Shown piece by piece: positions 60,021 through 64,000 of a DNA stretch of 64,000 nucleotides. A program made the position numbers and the translations under genes. The DNA is from Candidatus Methylomirabilia bacterium (GTDB lineage Bacteria; Methylomirabilota; Methylomirabilia; Rokubacteriales; CSP1-6), in the NCBI GenBank assembly GCA_041497895.1, contig JBGQHJ010000005.1, positions 1 through 64,000 on the forward strand. The letters are read 5' to 3'. Each line of letters opens with the position of its first letter. Positions within the stretch are counted from its first letter, which is position 1. A model generated the notes under the pieces. The model was not told where the DNA came from. It did not search any database and was given only the letters and a program-made list of their open reading frames with translations.

Positions 60021-61016
60021 GTGGACTACGCGGCATTCGTCAAGGCGGTCGACGCGGGACGGGTGTCGCCGATCACGCTGCTGCACGGCCCCGAGCCCTT
60101 CCTCCTCGACGACGCCCTCGCCCGCCTGACCCGCGCCCTCTTCCCCGGCCAGACCGAGCTCACGCTGGTCCGCGAGGTCCTCGACGCGCGCGCGGCGGGC
60201 GCGGAGGCGATCGTGCAATCGGCCCTCATGCTGCCGTGGCTCGGCGACCGTCGCCTCGTGATCGCGCGCGGGGTCGACGCCCTGGCCGCGAAGGCGGGCG
60301 AGCCGCTGGCCGCCTACGCGAAGGCGCCGAACCCGTCCACCGCGCTGGTCCTGGTGGCCGACGCCCCGCTCGACGGCGGGCACTGGCTGCTGCGCGCGGT
60401 CCCGCCCGCGGCGGTGGTGGCGGCCCCGGCGCCGACCGGTCGTGCGCTGGTCGGCTGGCTCCGCGCCCACGCGCAGGGCCTGGGCTACGAGCTCGGAGAG
60501 GAGGCGGCGGTCCTGCTGGTGGAGCTCTCGGGCGACGACCTGACCCAGCTGGTCGGAGAGGTCGAGAAGGCGGCGCTCGCGGGCGGGCCCGAGAACCGGC
60601 GCGTCGGCGCCGCGGAGGTGCGCGCCGTGGTCGGCGAGCACCGTCTGCGCCACGTGTTCGACCTGACCCGCGCGCTCTCCGCGCGCGACACCGGGACGGC
60701 GCTGGCCCTGCTCGAGTCGTTGCTCAACGCGGGGGAGGAGCCGCTCGCGGTGCTGGGCATGCTGGCCCGCGAGGCCCGCGCGACCTGGCAGGCCGCGGGC
60801 GCCCTGCGGTCCGGCCGCCCGGCCGAGGAGATCGCGCGGGCCCTGCGCCGCCCCCCCGCGGCGGCCGCGGCGCTGCTGGAGCGCGCGCGGAGCGTGTCGC
60901 CCGCGGCCGCGGCGCGGCAGGTGGCCCGCTGCTGGGACGTGGAGCGCCGCCTCAAGCAGGGCGGCGCGGCCCGTCCCGAGCTCTCCCTGCTGGTCGCAGA
61001 TCTGTGCGCGGTCTGA
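60021..61016 (+). CDS. holA: DNA polymerase III delta subunit
   Basis: LLHGPEPFL, LPWL.DRRLV, EVEK, VFDL, GEEP and D..LK.G; gene order. Confidence 0.85.
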   Translation: MDYAAFVKAVDAGRVSPITLLHGPEPFLLDDALARLTRALFPGQTELTLVREVLDARAAGAEAIVQSALMLPWLGDRRLVIARGVDALAAKAGEPLAAYAKAPNPSTALVLVADAPLDGGHWLLRAVPPAAVVAAPAPTGRALVGWLRAHAQGLGYELGEEAAVLLVELSGDDLTQLVGEVEKAALAGGPENRRVGAAEVRAVVGEHRLRHVFDLTRALSARDTGTALALLESLLNAGEEPLAVLGMLAREARATWQAAGALRSGRPAEEIARALRRPPAAAAALLERARSVSPAAAARQVARCWDVERRLKQGGAARPELSLLVADLCAV

Positions 61017-62359
61017 TGGCGCGAGCGCGGTGCGCGCTCGCGGTCACCGCGCTGCTCCTGGGTCTCGCCCCCGCGCCGGCGCCCGCGGCCCCGCCCGCGC
61101 GCCTGCTCGCCGGCGCAGTGAGCGTGGTCGTGAACCTGCCCGAGGACACCCCGCTCGGCGGCTACGGCGGCTTCCCGCGCCGCGCCTGGATGCCGGATCT
61201 GATCGGTCGGTATCCCGACACGTTCTGGTTCCGGCCTTCCACCGGCGTGCACGATCCGATCAGGGTCCGCGCGCTCGTCCTCGAGGCCGGCAGCGTGCGG
61301 GTGCTGTGGCTCGCGCTGGATCTGGTCGGCATGGACCCCACGCTGCTCGCCGATCTGCGATCGCGGCTCGACCAGCTCGGCCTGCGCTACGGAGCGGTGA
61401 TCGCGGCGGCGTCGCATACCCACTCCGGCCCGGGGGCCTACGCGCGCTCGGATCTCTTCGGTCTCTTGGCCCTCGACCGCGAGTCGCCCCGGGTGCGGGG
61501 CCGCATCTTCTCGGCGATGGAGGAGGCGGCCCGGCAGGCCGAGCGGCGCAAGCGCCCGGCCACGGTGGGAACCGGCTCGGGCGAGGTCGCCGGCATCACG
61601 GACAGCCGCGTCCACGGCCCGCTCGACCCCGAGCTGGGCGTGCTCAAGGTCATGGGCGCGGACCACCGGCCGATCGCGGCGGTGTGGAACTACGCCATCC
61701 ACGGCACGATGCTCGGCCGGAGCAACTCCAAGCTCTCCGGCGACGTGATGGGGGACGCGAGCGCGCGGATCGAGGAGCAGCTCGGCGCGCCTACCCTGTA
61801 CGTCAACGGCGCGGTGGGAGACGTCAGCCCGCGCCAGCACGGCTGGGACGGGGTCGCCGCGACCGGGAAGCTCCTGTCGGCCGCGGTGCTCGCGCTCTGG
61901 CCCCGCATCGCGCCCGACCCCGATCAACGCGTGATGACCGGGGCCGAGACCGCGGCGCTGCCCGCGCCCGCGCTCGAGCTGCGCAACTGTCTGGGGCGGT
62001 GGATCCCGCGGGGGACGCGCCTCGGGCTCCACTCGGCCCTGCCGGCCGCCGCGGAGATCGCGGTGGTGAGCGTGGGGCGCAGCGCCTGGGTGACCATCCC
62101 GGGCGAGCTCGATACCCAGCTCGGGCTCGACGTCAAGACGGCGGGACGCGCGCGGTTCACGCGGACCTTCGTGGCGGGAGTGGCCAACGGCTACCAGGGA
62201 TACTTCCTCGCCGCCCAGCACTTCCGGACGCCGAGCTACGTCTCGTGCGGCAGCCTCTACGGGGAGCGGGGCGGGGAGATCGTCCGCGACGCCGCGATCG
62301 GCGCGCTCCGCGAGCTCGGCGAGCGGCGCGCGCCGTGGCCGGTCAAGCCCCTACGTTGA
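61016..62359 (+). CDS. Neutral/alkaline ceramidase N-terminal-domain protein, secreted
   Basis: PLGGYG, VHDP..RAL, SHTHSGP, NYA.H, S.D, GAVGD, PGE and ANGY.GY. Confidence 0.75.
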   Translation: MARARCALAVTALLLGLAPAPAPAAPPARLLAGAVSVVVNLPEDTPLGGYGGFPRRAWMPDLIGRYPDTFWFRPSTGVHDPIRVRALVLEAGSVRVLWLALDLVGMDPTLLADLRSRLDQLGLRYGAVIAAASHTHSGPGAYARSDLFGLLALDRESPRVRGRIFSAMEEAARQAERRKRPATVGTGSGEVAGITDSRVHGPLDPELGVLKVMGADHRPIAAVWNYAIHGTMLGRSNSKLSGDVMGDASARIEEQLGAPTLYVNGAVGDVSPRQHGWDGVAATGKLLSAAVLALWPRIAPDPDQRVMTGAETAALPAPALELRNCLGRWIPRGTRLGLHSALPAAAEIAVVSVGRSAWVTIPGELDTQLGLDVKTAGRARFTRTFVAGVANGYQGYFLAAQHFRTPSYVSCGSLYGERGGEIVRDAAIGALRELGERRAPWPVKPLR

Positions 62360-62603
62360 GCTTGCGGGCGAGCGCGGACTTGCGGCGGCCGGCGGTGTTG
62401 CGGTGGATGACCCCCTGGGTCACCGCGCGGTCGATCGCGCGGATGGCGTCGTGCACCGCGGTGGCGGACTCGGGTCCCTTGGCCACGAGGGCCTCGCGGG
62501 CGCCCTTGATGCTCGAGCGCACCGCGCTCCGGACCCCTCGGTTGCGCAGCCGGCGCTTCTCGTTCTGCTTGATCCGCTTCCTCGCGGAGCGGGTGTTGGC
62601 CAC
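62343..62603 (-). CDS. rpsT: 30S ribosomal protein S20
   Basis: ANTRSARKRIKQ...IHRNTAGRRKS; gaaaggag SD before the GTG. Confidence 0.95.
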   Translation of the reverse strand: MANTRSARKRIKQNEKRRLRNRGVRSAVRSSIKGAREALVAKGPESATAVHDAIRAIDRAVTQGVIHRNTAGRRKSALARKLNVGA

Positions 62604-62636
62604 GGTGTTTCTCCTTTCAGGAGTGAGCGACACACG

Positions 62637-62665
62637 AGCCTACCGTCCGGGCCTCCGGGTGTCAA
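62637..62665 (-). promoter_or_regulatory. Sigma70 promoter of rpsT
   Basis: Minus strand TTGACA-17bp-TAGGCT. Confidence 0.6.
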
Positions 62666-62681
62666 GGACGATGTCCCCCCG

Positions 62682-64000
62682 GTGAGCGACACCCCCGGGA
62701 GCCACGAGCACGTCCAGCGCGGGGTGGTCAGCGCGGTGGGCGCGATCGGCCTGGCCACCCTCGCGAGCCGCGTGCTCGGCTACGTGCGGGACATGGTGGT
62801 CGCCCAGGTCTTCGGTGCGGGGCCGGTCACCGACGCGTTCCTGGTCGCCTTCCGCATCCCGAACCTGCTGCGGCGGCTGCTCGGGGAGGGCGCGCTGTCC
62901 ACCGCGGTGATCCCGGTGTTCACCGAGACCCTGACCCGGGGCGGGCCCGAGGCGTTCGGCCGCCTGGCGCGCGCCACGACCGGCGCCGCCATCGTGGTGC
63001 TCTGCCTGGTCTCGGCGCTGGGCGTGCTCCTCTCGCATCAGGTCGTCGCCCTCATGGCGCCGGGCTGGCGCGCCGACGCCGCGCTGTTCGACCTGGCGGT
63101 GTCGCTGACACGGGTGATGTTTCCGTACCTGCTACTGGTGGGGCTCGCCGCGCTCGCGATGGGGGCGCTCAACGCGCATCACCGCTTCTTCACCGCCGCG
63201 CTCGGTCCGGCGGTCGTCAACGTGGCCATGATCGTGGCCGTCCTCGGGCTCGCCCACCGGATCGAGCCACCGGTGATGGCCCTGGCGGTGGGCGTGCTGG
63301 TGGGCGGCCTCGGGCAGCTCCTGGTCCAGCTCCCGGAGCTGCGGCGCCTCGGGGTGCCGCTCTGGCCGTCGGCCGAATGGCGTCATCCCGCGGTGGCCCG
63401 CATCGCCCACCGGCTCTGGCCCGCGGTGTTCGCGCTCGCGGCGGTGCAGATCACGGTGGTGGTCAACACCCTGCTCGCCTCGCTGCTGCCGGCCGGCACC
63501 GTCTCCTACCTCTACTACGCCGACCGGGTGATGGAGTTCCCGCTCGGCATCTTCGGCATCGCGCTGGCCACCGCGGCGCTGCCCAGCATGTCGGCCCAGG
63601 CGGCGCGCGGCGAGCTCGCGGGGCTGCGGGCGACCCTCGAGTTCGCGCTGCGCATGGCCGCCTTCGTCGCGGTGCCCGCCGCGGTGGGGCTCGTGCTCCT
63701 GGGGGGCCCCATCGTGCGGCTGCTCTTCCAGCGCGGTGAGTTCAGCGCCGCCGACGCGGTGCTCACCGCGCAGGCGCTGACCGGCTACGCGGTGGGGCTC
63801 CCCGCGTTCTCGGGCACGCGGATCGCGGCGCAGACCTTCTACGCGCTCGGCGACACGCGCACGCCGGTGCTCGTGGGGTTCGTCTCGGTGGCGGTGAACG
63901 TGGTGCTGGCCCTCCTCCTGATGTGGCCGCTGCGCCACACCGGCCTCGCCCTCGCCTCGTCGCTGTCCTCCTACGTCAACCTGCTCGGGCTCTGCTGGCT
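62682..64000 (+). CDS. murJ: Lipid II flippase MurJ, 3'-partial
   Basis: Translated by hand (absent from the ORF track because it has no stop in the window): SRVLGYVRD, DAF.VAFRIPNLLRRL.GEG and YYADR.MEFPLG; divergent from rpsT. Confidence 0.92.
   Translation, partial: MSDTPGSHEHVQRGVVSAVGAIGLATLASRVLGYVRDMVVAQVFGAGPVTDAFLVAFRIPNLLRRLLGEGALSTAVIPVFTETLTRGGPEAFGRLARATTGAAIVVLCLVSALGVLLSHQVVALMAPGWRADAALFDLAVSLTRVMFPYLLLVGLAALAMGALNAHHRFFTAALGPAVVNVAMIVAVLGLAHRIEPPVMALAVGVLVGGLGQLLVQLPELRRLGVPLWPSAEWRHPAVARIAHRLWPAVFALAAVQITVVVNTLLASLLPAGTVSYLYYADRVMEFPLGIFGIALATAALPSMSAQAARGELAGLRATLEFALRMAAFVAVPAAVGLVLLGGPIVRLLFQRGEFSAADAVLTAQALTGYAVGLPAFSGTRIAAQTFYALGDTRTPVLVGFVSVAVNVVLALLLMWPLRHTGLALASSLSSYVNLLGLCW

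Overview
A very GC-rich, gene-dense bacterial chromosomal segment of mostly housekeeping genes. A Candidatus Rokubacteria/Methylomirabilota-like source is my impression and is not verified. In order it holds: the end of a 2-oxoacid:ferredoxin oxidoreductase beta gene; a glcDEF-cupin-lutABC-DUF2203-HAD run; trxB, mscL and nadX; TIGR02757-rmuC; a divergent GroES-like gene; M20-MEMO1-DUF1285; suhB and panE; a heterodimeric ABC exporter; ATL, an LLM oxidoreductase, YbaK, an SDR and a UPF0282-like hydrolase; a peroxiredoxin; a TetR/diiron-protein pair; nfo and nth; a tolC-macA-macB-type operon; class II ribonucleotide reductase nrdJ; a cytochrome c / hybrid kinase / ppx / proline racemase run; HNH-uvrB-uvrC; leuS-lptE-holA; rpsT; and partial murJ. 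I found no rRNA, tRNA, CRISPR array or transposase. The most notable signals: (1) a peroxiredoxin with an in-frame TGA at the catalytic position followed by a hairpin, likely selenocysteine; (2) a 411-aa LAGLIDADG intein in nrdJ ending in His-Gln; (3) a 108-bp palindromic MITE-like element inserted in frame in an ABC gene; (4) an orphan GroES-fold protein; (5) a hybrid kinase lacking its phosphoacceptor His; (6) a TetR C-terminal domain with an Arg-rich tail instead of an HTH; (7) many apparently leaderless promoters. All family calls come from motif recognition by eye. No database searches were run.
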